Assembly: GCA_964650515.1 (NCBI GenBank)
Contig: CAZYUB010000002.1
Coordinates: 12,708 to 76,707, forward strand
Reading direction: 5' to 3'
Source: an uncultured Planctomycetia bacterium
GTDB taxonomy: Bacteria > Omnitrophota > Gorgyraeia > Pluralincolimonadales > Pluralincolimonadaceae
DNA: 64,000 nt
Shown here: positions 9,642-18,633 of the stretch, in pieces
Layout: every line of letters starts with the position of its first letter
How positions within the stretch are numbered: the first letter of the stretch is position 1
Made by a program: the position numbers and the translations under genes
Notes under the pieces: generated by a model
What the model was told of the DNA's origin: nothing
Database searches by the model: none
The model's input: only the letters and a program-made list of their open reading frames with translations

Positions 9642-11491
9642 TGGCTTTTTCCGGCGTTAAAAAGCTCGTATTCATCAACGGCATAAACGAGGCCGAAGCT
9701 TACATGGATGGCCGTCCCGCGGAAGATGCCGCCGGCGATACGCTCCTGATAGCGATGAACCCGTCTATCCGTGCGCGCCTGAAGAGAAAGGGGTTTCACG
9801 CTGCCGATACCGCGGACTATTTCACGACGGATTCCCATGTGAATACCCTGCAGAAGTCGGATGAGCTTGTCAAATGGTTCGAGGCGAATGCCCGTTTCGC
9901 CGATACCGGGATGGGGGTCAGCAGCGCCTACAGGGATTTCTTCATATACTGGGCAAGGTTCGCAATGCATTACTGCATCTGGGCAATAGATATAGCATCC
10001 GCGGCGATTGAGGCACATAGGCCGGAGGCGGTATGCGCATACGGGGCGGGCGGTAAAGCGGCGGTGTCCAGCCTGTATATCGAGAACAGCGAAGGCTATT
10101 TCGGCCGCCTGGTAAGGGATACCGCGAAGGCGAAAGGCGCAGGATTCATAGACCTAGGGAATGGGGACGCCGAGGCCCGCAGGGAACAGGGACCGCGCGC
10201 AATATACATGAAGTCGCTGGTAAGGTTCATCCTGCAGAACATAAAGTTCTCTTTATGGGAGGCCTCCGTATGGGCAAAGAACATATTCCCGGGCAAGAAG
10301 CCGGTATTCTTCACGACGAGGTTCTATAACCTCGACAAGCTCGCGAAGGAATCGGTAAAGGACGGCAGCGGCAAGAGGCCGGAGATACTGAGGGGGCCGG
10401 TAATATTCACATACGGCCTGTCTGACGCGGTCATAAAACTGTTCGGCGGCGCGTATTCCGCCGCTATAATATCGCAGAAGAAGAACTTCGCGGAGCTCGT
10501 CGAAAAGATGAGGAAAGACCCCTCGGTATTCTCCTACAAGGGGGTATCGTTCGCGGAGGCCGTCTCGGGCAAGATCGAGGATAACCTCGGCGACCATATA
10601 ATGGGCCTTATGCTGTGGACCGTGAAACTCAATGATTTTGTCGACAGGTCGAAGGCGTCATTGTTCGTCTCCAACGGCAACAGGGCGGACGATGTGATAC
10701 TGGCGGAATTATGCGCGAGGAAAGGTGTAAGGACGTTGCTGATAAGCCACGGTTCGCATGTCCGGCCTAAGAACGTCCCTGAGAGGATAGAATGGGGCGA
10801 GCACGGAAGGGCGCTTCTGAGGGCGCCGTTCTCGGATATCGCGCTGCAGACGCCCGTCGCGGAAGGATACGTCGATGCCTTCAAGACGGAAAGCAGGATG
10901 ATCAGGACCGGCCCTCTCATATGGGGAAAACCGGTGGAACGCAGGAAGAGCGGCGTGAGGACTATCGTGCATGCAGGCACGCCGAAGGCGGCGAACAGCT
11001 TAAGGCCGTTCGTCTACGAGACGCCCGATGAGTACATACGCGGCATATGCGAGCTCGCCGCGGCCGTGGAGGGGATACCCAATGCGGCGCTTATCGTGCG
11101 TTTCAGGCCGTCCTCGGATATAGGGATTGAAGATATCAGGGAACTCGTGCCATTTTCCGATAAAGTGAAGCTCAGCACAGACGGGCCTTTTTCGGCAGCG
11201 CTCGGAGCTGCGGACCTGCTGGTAAGCTTCTCATCTACGACGATAGAGGAAGCCCTGCAGAACAGGATACCCGTCCTTCTTTACGGAGGTTCGGGGCGCT
11301 ATATGCACATAGAAGCTGTCGAGGCGGGAAGCAACGGCGAAATGCCGCGGTCGGCGATATACCATGTGAGTAAGGCCGGCGACCTTAGACCTGCAATAGA
11401 GAAGATCCTCGGCCTAGGAACGGACGGTAAACTGTTCGACGAATATATATACCCTGAAAACGAAAGGCAACCGCTGGAGGCGCTATTATAA
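9641..11491 (+). CDS. hypothetical protein with GT-B-like C-terminal half (candidate CMP-sugar or CDP-alcohol dependent transferase)
   Basis: 616 aa. C-terminal 'AALGAADLLVSFSSTTIEEALQNRIPVLLYGG' resembles the GT-B C-domain helix-loop. Paralogous architecture to 837..2669 and 17197..18633. Confidence 0.35.
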   Translation: MAFSGVKKLVFINGINEAEAYMDGRPAEDAAGDTLLIAMNPSIRARLKRKGFHAADTADYFTTDSHVNTLQKSDELVKWFEANARFADTGMGVSSAYRDFFIYWARFAMHYCIWAIDIASAAIEAHRPEAVCAYGAGGKAAVSSLYIENSEGYFGRLVRDTAKAKGAGFIDLGNGDAEARREQGPRAIYMKSLVRFILQNIKFSLWEASVWAKNIFPGKKPVFFTTRFYNLDKLAKESVKDGSGKRPEILRGPVIFTYGLSDAVIKLFGGAYSAAIISQKKNFAELVEKMRKDPSVFSYKGVSFAEAVSGKIEDNLGDHIMGLMLWTVKLNDFVDRSKASLFVSNGNRADDVILAELCARKGVRTLLISHGSHVRPKNVPERIEWGEHGRALLRAPFSDIALQTPVAEGYVDAFKTESRMIRTGPLIWGKPVERRKSGVRTIVHAGTPKAANSLRPFVYETPDEYIRGICELAAAVEGIPNAALIVRFRPSSDIGIEDIRELVPFSDKVKLSTDGPFSAALGAADLLVSFSSTTIEEALQNRIPVLLYGGSGRYMHIEAVEAGSNGEMPRSAIYHVSKAGDLRPAIEKILGLGTDGKLFDEYIYPENERQPLEALL

Positions 11492-11492
11492 A

Positions 11493-13298
11493 ATGAGACC
11501 CGAAAGGAAAGTCAACGCAGTATGGTTCTTCCTGAAACGCTACAAGCGCATCTACGTGACGATGCTTTTAGTCACGATAGGATATTCCGTGCTCGAGAGC
11601 GTGAATATATCGATGTTCCTTCCGCTCTTCACGTCGGTCGTGGGGGAGAGCGCCGAGACGGCCGGAAAGTTCTTCCGGATAATGGAGGGCATCATATCGC
11701 TGATGCCGTTCGGGAACAGGTTCCTGAACATATGCGTGTTGATAGTGGTGCTGCTCGTGGTCAAGGAGATACTCGGATTCGTCAGGCACGTGCTGATCGG
11801 CTACGGGATAGGCAGGGTCATAACCGACGTCAAGGAAGAGATCTTCAACAAGTACGTCAATTCGGATTACCAGTTCTTCCTCGACAACAAGCAGGGCAGG
11901 CTCCTCTATAATATGCTTACGGCCACCGGACGCCTCGGCAGCTGCCTGCAGTTCATACCCGATTTCATAAACGCGATGCTGATGACGGTAAGCATAGGCG
12001 CGCTGCTCTTCTCGATGTCGTTCGGGGTGACGATGGTGCTCCTCGTAGCGGGCCTGGCTTTCAATCTCCTTACGCAGATACTGGCCAAACGCGTCTCTTA
12101 CCACATAGGGACGGAGAGGGCGACCGTCAGCACCGAAGCGAACGTCATAGCGAACGAGGTGATAGACGGGATAAAGCATATAAAGGTCTTCGGTTCGTCG
12201 GAGTTCTGGAGGCATAATTTCGAGCGATCGGTAAGGCGCTTCAAGACCCTCGTCATAGAGGATTTCGTATGGATAGGCATCCCCGAAAGGGTAATGCAGC
12301 TGCTTCCCGCGGCGATGCTTATAATGGTTGCCATATTCTTCAGGCATTTCAGCAAAGGCCCGGACGCCGATCAGGCGTTTTCCGCCAAGATAGCGCTTGT
12401 GGGCGTATATGCGTACGCGTTCTACAGGCTAATCCCTTTCCTGACGTCATTCGGAAGGCTGCGTATGCAGATAATGGGCGCGCTTCCCGAGGTCGAGCTA
12501 TTGTACGACGACCTGCATGAGGACACGAACAGGATCAAGGACGGCAATACGAAGATAGACGGGTTCAGGAAGGAACTGGCGTTCAGGGACGTGAGCTTCA
12601 ATTACAAGGGGAAGAAGGAGATACTTAACGGCGTCTCCTTCAATATCGAAAAGGGCAAGACCACCGCCATCGTGGGCGCCTCCGGAAGCGGCAAGACAAC
12701 GCTGATAAACCTCATTGTAAGGCTCTTCGTGCCTGACGAAGGCAGGATAACCCTGGACGGGACAGACCTGAGGGACATCAAGTACGCCTCGCTTATCAAG
12801 CTCATCGGGATGGTAAGCCAGGACACGTTCATATTCAACGCGACGATAAAGGAGAATATCATCTTCGGCCTTAAGGCAGTGACGCACGAACGGCTTGTCA
12901 ACGCGTGCAAGCTGGCCAACGCGCATGATTTCATAAGCAATTTCCCCGAAGGCTACGAGACGGTCGTCGGCGATAAGGGATTGAAGCTGTCGGGCGGGCA
13001 GAGGCAGAGGATAGCCATTGCGCGCGCGATAATCAGGGACCCGGAGATACTGATACTCGACGAGGCGACGAGCTCGCTCGATTACCATTCCGAGGCGATA
13101 GTGCAGGAGGCCATAAACGAGGTATCGAAGAACAGGACGGTCATAGTCGTAGCGCACAGGCTTTCCACGGTGATCGACGCGGACAAGATAATAGTCATGG
13201 ACAAGGGCAGGATAGTAGAGGAAGGGACGCATGCCGCGCTTATAAAGAAAGAAGGGGTCTACAGGGCTTTATATGAAAGACAGCAAAAAACGATATAA
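11493..13298 (+). CDS. fused TMD-NBD ABC exporter (MsbA/PglK-like, candidate lipid-linked glycan flippase)
   Basis: Six predicted N-terminal TM helices, Walker A 'GASGSGKTT', ABC signature 'LSGGQRQRIAIARA', Walker B 'ILILDEATS', H-loop 'VIVVAHRLS'. Confidence 0.85.
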   Translation: MRPERKVNAVWFFLKRYKRIYVTMLLVTIGYSVLESVNISMFLPLFTSVVGESAETAGKFFRIMEGIISLMPFGNRFLNICVLIVVLLVVKEILGFVRHVLIGYGIGRVITDVKEEIFNKYVNSDYQFFLDNKQGRLLYNMLTATGRLGSCLQFIPDFINAMLMTVSIGALLFSMSFGVTMVLLVAGLAFNLLTQILAKRVSYHIGTERATVSTEANVIANEVIDGIKHIKVFGSSEFWRHNFERSVRRFKTLVIEDFVWIGIPERVMQLLPAAMLIMVAIFFRHFSKGPDADQAFSAKIALVGVYAYAFYRLIPFLTSFGRLRMQIMGALPEVELLYDDLHEDTNRIKDGNTKIDGFRKELAFRDVSFNYKGKKEILNGVSFNIEKGKTTAIVGASGSGKTTLINLIVRLFVPDEGRITLDGTDLRDIKYASLIKLIGMVSQDTFIFNATIKENIIFGLKAVTHERLVNACKLANAHDFISNFPEGYETVVGDKGLKLSGGQRQRIAIARAIIRDPEILILDEATSSLDYHSEAIVQEAINEVSKNRTVIVVAHRLSTVIDADKIIVMDKGRIVEEGTHAALIKKEGVYRALYERQQKTI

Positions 13299-14997
13299 AG
13301 AATTCGAGATCCTTGATTGTACTATCAGGGACGGCGGTTACCTCAACGACTGGAAGTTCGATAAGGCGCTTGTCAGGGAGGTTTATAGGGCCGTCTCGAA
13401 AGCGGGTGTGCCTGTCATCGAGATAGGGTTCAGGGGGACGGATGAGCATTTCGACAGGAAGAGGTACGGCCCCTGGAGGTTCTCGGACGAGTTGTTGCTG
13501 CGCGAGACGATCGAAGGGATAGACGGCGCGAAACTCGCCCTGATGGGTGACTTCGGCAGGATATCGGCGGACGACTTTGTCCCGCGCGACGAGAGCGTTG
13601 TCGATATCGTGAGGATAGCGGCCCATAAGAACGATATAGCGGAAACTATCAAGACCCTCGGCAGGATAAAGAAGAAGGGCTATAAGACATCGCTTAATGC
13701 GATGGGATACAGCAACTACACGAAATCGGAACAGAAGAAGTTCGTCTCGATGGTCAGGAAGGCGGGCCTCGATTATGTATATGCGGTGGACAGCTACGGT
13801 TCGGTCTTCCCGAACGAGATAGAAGGGCTCATCAGCCCGCTGCTCGGCATACGCGGGACGAAGGTCGGGTTCCATCCGCATAACAGCCTGCAGATGGCGT
13901 TCGCGAACACGCTTGAGGCGGTCCGCTGCGGCGCGGATATAGCCGATTCTACGTTCTACGGCATTGGCCGCGGGGCGGGCAACCTGCCGACCGAAATAAT
14001 CGTACTCTATAAGGAACTTTTAGGCGATAAGAAATATAACGCGATCCCGGTCCTCAATTGCATAGACAGGTACTTCCTGCCGATGAGGAAGGAGATTGAC
14101 TGGGGATACCAGCTGCCGTTCATGCTCTCGGGGATGTACAAATGCCACCCGAACTACGCGAGCGGCCTGATAAATTACAGGGAATATACGATAGACGAGA
14201 TATGCAAGGCGATGGAGGCCATTGAGAAGAGGAACCCGTTAGGATACAAGCCGGAGATATTAAAGGAGATCATAGAGGACGGGCTTATCGGGAAGCTGAA
14301 GACCTCCTCCGTCACGAAGAAGGCGGGGAAGGCCAGGAAAACCGGGGCATCAGTGCCGTATGCGGGAAGGCATGAAGGCAGGGATTTCCTGGTGCTGGCC
14401 AACGGGCCCGGCCTGAAGGATAACAGGGAGAAGATAGAGGCGTTCATAAGGAAGACGGACCCCGTCATACTCGGTGCTAACAACCTCTCGGGGCTGTTCG
14501 TCCCGCATTATCACGCGTTCAACAACAAGAGGAGGTTCACGGATTACGCCGGTACCGTATCCGGGAAGTCGAAACTCCTCATAAGCGAATATTTCCCGGA
14601 TGAGTTCATCAGGGAATACACGGACAGGGACTACGAGAAACTGTATTATAACGATGTCCTGAACGCGCATTTCGGCATCGATGACGGGGTCATACGGACG
14701 AATTGCAGGACGATATCGGTCCTGCTTATCGGCGCGGCGATAGTAATGGGCGCCAGGAGGATATTCGTCGCCGGGATGGACGGCTACCTCGGCCCGGGCA
14801 CAGAGGGCAAGGCCCTCTATTACAACGAGAAAGACGAAAAGACCGACAAGCAGATGATCATCGAGAGGCATATGTGGTGCCAGAAGTTCCTGGAGGAGAT
14901 CGAGGCATACCTGCAGAAGAACGGCAGGGAGGGTATCCATATCATAACGCCCACGACCTACAAGGCGTTCTATAAAAGCGTGGAAAATTACATATGA
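13273..14997 (+). CDS. DRE-TIM (HMGL-like) pyruvate aldolase domain fused to MptE-like/DUF115 (Maf-type) domain
   Basis: N-terminus 'ILDCTIRDGGY', 'FHPHNSLQMAFANTLEAVRCGA', 'GIGRGAGNLPTE' match DmpG/HMG-CoA lyase/IPMS metallo-aldolases. C-terminus 'FLVLANGPGLKDNREKIEAF...PVILGANN' resembles DUF115/6-hydroxymethylpterin diphosphokinase MptE-like. Confidence 0.55.
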   Translation: MKDSKKRYKEFEILDCTIRDGGYLNDWKFDKALVREVYRAVSKAGVPVIEIGFRGTDEHFDRKRYGPWRFSDELLLRETIEGIDGAKLALMGDFGRISADDFVPRDESVVDIVRIAAHKNDIAETIKTLGRIKKKGYKTSLNAMGYSNYTKSEQKKFVSMVRKAGLDYVYAVDSYGSVFPNEIEGLISPLLGIRGTKVGFHPHNSLQMAFANTLEAVRCGADIADSTFYGIGRGAGNLPTEIIVLYKELLGDKKYNAIPVLNCIDRYFLPMRKEIDWGYQLPFMLSGMYKCHPNYASGLINYREYTIDEICKAMEAIEKRNPLGYKPEILKEIIEDGLIGKLKTSSVTKKAGKARKTGASVPYAGRHEGRDFLVLANGPGLKDNREKIEAFIRKTDPVILGANNLSGLFVPHYHAFNNKRRFTDYAGTVSGKSKLLISEYFPDEFIREYTDRDYEKLYYNDVLNAHFGIDDGVIRTNCRTISVLLIGAAIVMGARRIFVAGMDGYLGPGTEGKALYYNEKDEKTDKQMIIERHMWCQKFLEEIEAYLQKNGREGIHIITPTTYKAFYKSVENYI

Positions 14998-15728
14998 AAA
15001 TAATCGGGGTAATACCGGCGCGTTTCAAGTCATCGAGGTTTCCCGGCAAGCCGTTGGCGGATATATGCGGAAAGCCGCTCGTATGGTGGGTATATAAACA
15101 GGCCGAGAAGGTAAAAGAACTCGGGAAGGTCTATGTCGCTACGGATGACGGCAGGATAGCCCGGGTATGCAAAAAGCTCGCGATACCGTATGTGATGACC
15201 TCGGGCAGGCACCAGACAGGCACGGACAGGGTCGCCGAGGTCGCGAGGAAGGTCAAAGCGGATATTTACGTGAATATACAGGGGGATGAACCCCTGCTGA
15301 AACCCGCTATGATAAGAAGCGCGATAGGACCCCTTTTGAAAAAGAATTCCGGATTCGATGTTACGAACCTGATGTCTTTAATACGCAACCCGAAGGAGGT
15401 ACCGAGCCCGACCGTCCCGAAGGTCGCGGTGAGCGCGAAGGGCGACGCCGTATTCCTCTCGAGGGCGCCGATACCTTATCCGAAGAGGGGCGGCTACGCG
15501 CAGTATTATAAGCAGGTCTGCGTATACGGGTTCAGGAGGAAGGCGTTATTGGCGTTCGGCGGGCTTTCGAGAGGGGCTTCCGAGCTTATAGAGGATATCG
15601 AGCTGCTGCGCTTTATAGAGAACGGCATAAAGGTCAGGATGATCGAAGTGAAAAGCGGCAGCATGGCGGTTGATACTCCTGAGGACCTGAAGGCGGTAAA
15701 AAAGATAATATGCAAAAACCGGGCGTAA
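14994..15728 (+). CDS. 3-deoxy-manno-octulosonate cytidylyltransferase-like (CMP-Kdo synthetase family, KdsB-like)
   Basis: 'IIGVIPARFKSSRFPGKPLADICGKPLVWWVY...GKVYVATDD...VNIQGDEPLL' is the classic KdsB N-terminal pattern; 244 aa. Confidence 0.7.
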   Translation: MKIIGVIPARFKSSRFPGKPLADICGKPLVWWVYKQAEKVKELGKVYVATDDGRIARVCKKLAIPYVMTSGRHQTGTDRVAEVARKVKADIYVNIQGDEPLLKPAMIRSAIGPLLKKNSGFDVTNLMSLIRNPKEVPSPTVPKVAVSAKGDAVFLSRAPIPYPKRGGYAQYYKQVCVYGFRRKALLAFGGLSRGASELIEDIELLRFIENGIKVRMIEVKSGSMAVDTPEDLKAVKKIICKNRA

Positions 15729-17206
15729 TATTCATCAACCCGTCGCTTGCGCAGGATGGGGGCAAATGCGACGAAGTGCTGTTCCCGTTCGCTGCCATCA
15801 TGCTGCTCGCGACGATCCTCGACAAGTCGGGGTATGATGTCACGATCATCGACGGCAATATGTATACGTCGGCGGAATGCATCGGTAAGGTCCGCGCGGC
15901 GGTCAACGAAAACACGGTCTTCGCGGGATTTTCCGTGATGACCTCGCAGGTCAAATGGGCTTATGAAGTGGCCGGCGCGCTCAAGAAGTCGCATCCGGGC
16001 CTTAAGATAGTGTGGGGAGGGGTGCACGCGACCTTATACCCGGAACAGACGATCGCGGACCCGCTTATAGACATAATAGCCGTCAATGAGGCGTGCAGTT
16101 CGATAGCGATGCTCGCAGAGGCGTTGAAGAACGGCGGCGGCCTCTCGAACGTGCCCGGCATATATTTCAAGAAGGACGGAAAAACGATAAAGAACGCGCC
16201 GTACCTGCCTGATGACATCACGAAGATACCGCAGATCGATTTCTCTCTTTTCGATGCGCTCCGCTACGCCAGGAACAACCTGCTCCCGAAGGCATACGAC
16301 CTTCCGCTAAAGGATGCAGTGATGATGCCCATAATAACGGGGCTCGGATGCGCTTATAAGTGCTCGTTCTGCATAAACGTCATCCTGAACAGGAAATACC
16401 GGTATATGGAAGCGAAGGAGATAGTGGACAGGATAGAATTCCTGCAGAAGGAATACGGAGCGAACTTCTTCCAGCTGCTCGACGAGGACTTCTTCATAAA
16501 CAAGAAGAGGACGATGGATTTCATCGAGCTTGTCGAGAAGAGGGGGCTTAAGTTCTATTTCAGACCGTGGATGCGCGTATCGTATTTCAGGGACAACTAC
16601 ATTTCTGAAGAGGTCGCGAAACGGCTCGAGAAGATAGGCATGGTCACGGCGGTGATGGGGGCCGAGTGCGGCTCGCAGGCGATGCTGGATAAGATACATA
16701 AGCAGATAAAAGTGGAAGACACCGTGAACGCGGCGAGGACGCTTTCGAAGACGCGGATCGTGCCGAGGTATTCGATGATGGTAGGGCTTCCGGGAGAGAC
16801 GAAGGAAGATATACTGGCTACCTACCGGCTCGCGCTGAAGCTGAAAGATATAGACTGCAGGTCGGATATACCGATACTCAGTTTTGCCGCGTATCCCGGT
16901 TCGCCGATATACAGCGAAGCGGTCAGGAAATACGACCTGAAGGAACCCGGCAGCCTTGCGGAATGGGCAGCCCTCGACTTCTCGGGTTTCCTCGGATTCT
17001 ATTCCGCGCAGGGCAAGCCGTGGATATTCGACAGGAAGATATTCGAGAGGATGAACAATTATTACAATATCGGCTTCCAGTTCTCGCCGAGAAAGACATT
17101 GCGCAACAAAGTGCTCTACCCGCTGCTAAGATCGCTGATCAGGTTCAGGTTCGTTACAGGATGGTTCGGGTTCCCGGTCGAGGAGTTCATACTCGGATGC
17201 CGTTAA
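15710..17206 (+). CDS. B12-binding domain radical SAM protein
   Basis: N-terminal B12-binding region and 'TGLGCAYKCSFC' CxxxCxxC; C-terminal 'AAYPGSPIYSEA' as in the paralogues. Confidence 0.7.
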   Translation: MQKPGVIFINPSLAQDGGKCDEVLFPFAAIMLLATILDKSGYDVTIIDGNMYTSAECIGKVRAAVNENTVFAGFSVMTSQVKWAYEVAGALKKSHPGLKIVWGGVHATLYPEQTIADPLIDIIAVNEACSSIAMLAEALKNGGGLSNVPGIYFKKDGKTIKNAPYLPDDITKIPQIDFSLFDALRYARNNLLPKAYDLPLKDAVMMPIITGLGCAYKCSFCINVILNRKYRYMEAKEIVDRIEFLQKEYGANFFQLLDEDFFINKKRTMDFIELVEKRGLKFYFRPWMRVSYFRDNYISEEVAKRLEKIGMVTAVMGAECGSQAMLDKIHKQIKVEDTVNAARTLSKTRIVPRYSMMVGLPGETKEDILATYRLALKLKDIDCRSDIPILSFAAYPGSPIYSEAVRKYDLKEPGSLAEWAALDFSGFLGFYSAQGKPWIFDRKIFERMNNYYNIGFQFSPRKTLRNKVLYPLLRSLIRFRFVTGWFGFPVEEFILGCR

Positions 17207-18633
17207 CCGATTCCACGAAAAGATTGGTGGAGGAGTGCGCGGGCCTGAACGCGCGTACCGCTGGGCGGCTCGGCCCCGGGCTCGGATTCCTTGTATGGGC
17301 ATCCCCGACGGCATACAGGGACCCGGAAGATACGAAACTCTGGCATCCGGTATATCTTGAAAAGCCGGTTGCGTATAAGCTTCCCGCGCTTTGCTGCATG
17401 TACCTGCGTTATGCGCTAATAGGGGTAATAAGGTGTTTCGCTTACAGGGGTTTCTCCTACGCATACAGGGAGAAAAGAGCGCCGGTGCTTATCGTGATGG
17501 CTGAGGAGATAACGGACCATTCAAAGGAGTTCAGCACCGATTATATAATCGAAGATACTTCGCATCATGAAGACAAACTCGTCTTCTCGAGGACAAAAAT
17601 CATCGGCAGCAACTATACTGCGCTGGGCTTCTGGAAGAAGATGGTGATCGGAGAGAAGCTGGAAATGGCGCTGATCGCCGATTTCATCCGGAAACTATTG
17701 GCGGGACGCCTGAGCATGGCATACATGGAATCGCTGGCCATATTCCACAGGTGGGTGATATCTTATTCCTGGTGTTTTCATTATGATTTCTACATGCTGG
17801 TGCATAAGGTGCTCAGCCGCGAGCCTGCGGAATACCGTTCGGTGTTCGTACCGCATGAGATGCATTTCTATTCAAGGATGGTCTGGAAAGCGGCTAAAGA
17901 GCTGAATGTAAAAGGCATTACCGCGCAGCATGCGATGATATTGCCCGAGAAGCTGTGGTATTTTCCCGAGGCCGCCGAAGTTAGGGCCGGGTGCGCCCTT
18001 CCGGACATATTCTATGTTTACAGCGAGGGTATAAAAGCCCTACTCGGCAGGTACTACCCGGGCACGGACCTCCGGCTTTGCTGCAGCCCGAGGTTCAGGA
18101 AATGGAAGGACTCCGGCAGGCTGGACAGGTCGCGCGCTGACGCGGTAACGTTCGTATGCGGGATAATGGAGTATGACACCGCGATAATCGTGGAAGCGGC
18201 AAAGACATTGCTTGCGGAGGAATATAAGGATAAGAGGAAGATCCGGCTTCGGCTGCATCCCGCCGGTATAATAGGCAGGGAACAGAGGGATTGGATAGAA
18301 GCGGCATCCAAGACAGGCTCGATAGAGCTGTCGAAGGTGCAGCTCAAGGAGGAATTTGAGTTGTCTAGGCTGATAATAGGATCGAACTCCGCGGTGCTGC
18401 AGGAAGCGGTGCTTTCGGGCGTGCCGGCGCTCGCCCTAACCAGCAGGGAATATATATGCGCGTCCGTCCTTCCCGACGAAGATAAATGGACCATAGACGT
18501 ATCGCGGTTATCATGGAAACGGGTAGAAGAGCAATCCGCCAGGACGCCGGACCAGGACACGACACGCCGGTTCAGGGCAAACATGGGGCTCGACAACCCT
18601 GACCTGACCACGGCAACGGTGGCCGCGGCATGA
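17197..18633 (+). CDS. hypothetical protein, capsule-polysaccharide-biosynthesis (KpsC/KpsS-like) or other GT-B-like transferase candidate
   Basis: Most plausible start is ATG 17197, with GAGGAG 11 nt upstream. The 16963 extension is a spurious in-frame read-through. C-terminal 'LIIGSNSAVLQEAVLSGVPALALTS' resembles the Capsule_synth/GT-B motif. Confidence 0.35.
   Translation: MPLTDSTKRLVEECAGLNARTAGRLGPGLGFLVWASPTAYRDPEDTKLWHPVYLEKPVAYKLPALCCMYLRYALIGVIRCFAYRGFSYAYREKRAPVLIVMAEEITDHSKEFSTDYIIEDTSHHEDKLVFSRTKIIGSNYTALGFWKKMVIGEKLEMALIADFIRKLLAGRLSMAYMESLAIFHRWVISYSWCFHYDFYMLVHKVLSREPAEYRSVFVPHEMHFYSRMVWKAAKELNVKGITAQHAMILPEKLWYFPEAAEVRAGCALPDIFYVYSEGIKALLGRYYPGTDLRLCCSPRFRKWKDSGRLDRSRADAVTFVCGIMEYDTAIIVEAAKTLLAEEYKDKRKIRLRLHPAGIIGREQRDWIEAASKTGSIELSKVQLKEEFELSRLIIGSNSAVLQEAVLSGVPALALTSREYICASVLPDEDKWTIDVSRLSWKRVEEQSARTPDQDTTRRFRANMGLDNPDLTTATVAAA

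Noticed and set aside
16963-17196. N-terminal extensions of + strand ORFs in the track: 16963 for the 17197 gene, 20950 for 21073, 49794 for 50181, 22691 for 22748, 30713 for 30794, 52818 for 52839.
   Set aside because: The extensions overlap the 3' end of the preceding gene in another frame and have no motif content. Each has an internal ATG forming the ATGA stop/start overlap that recurs throughout the locus, so the downstream start was chosen.
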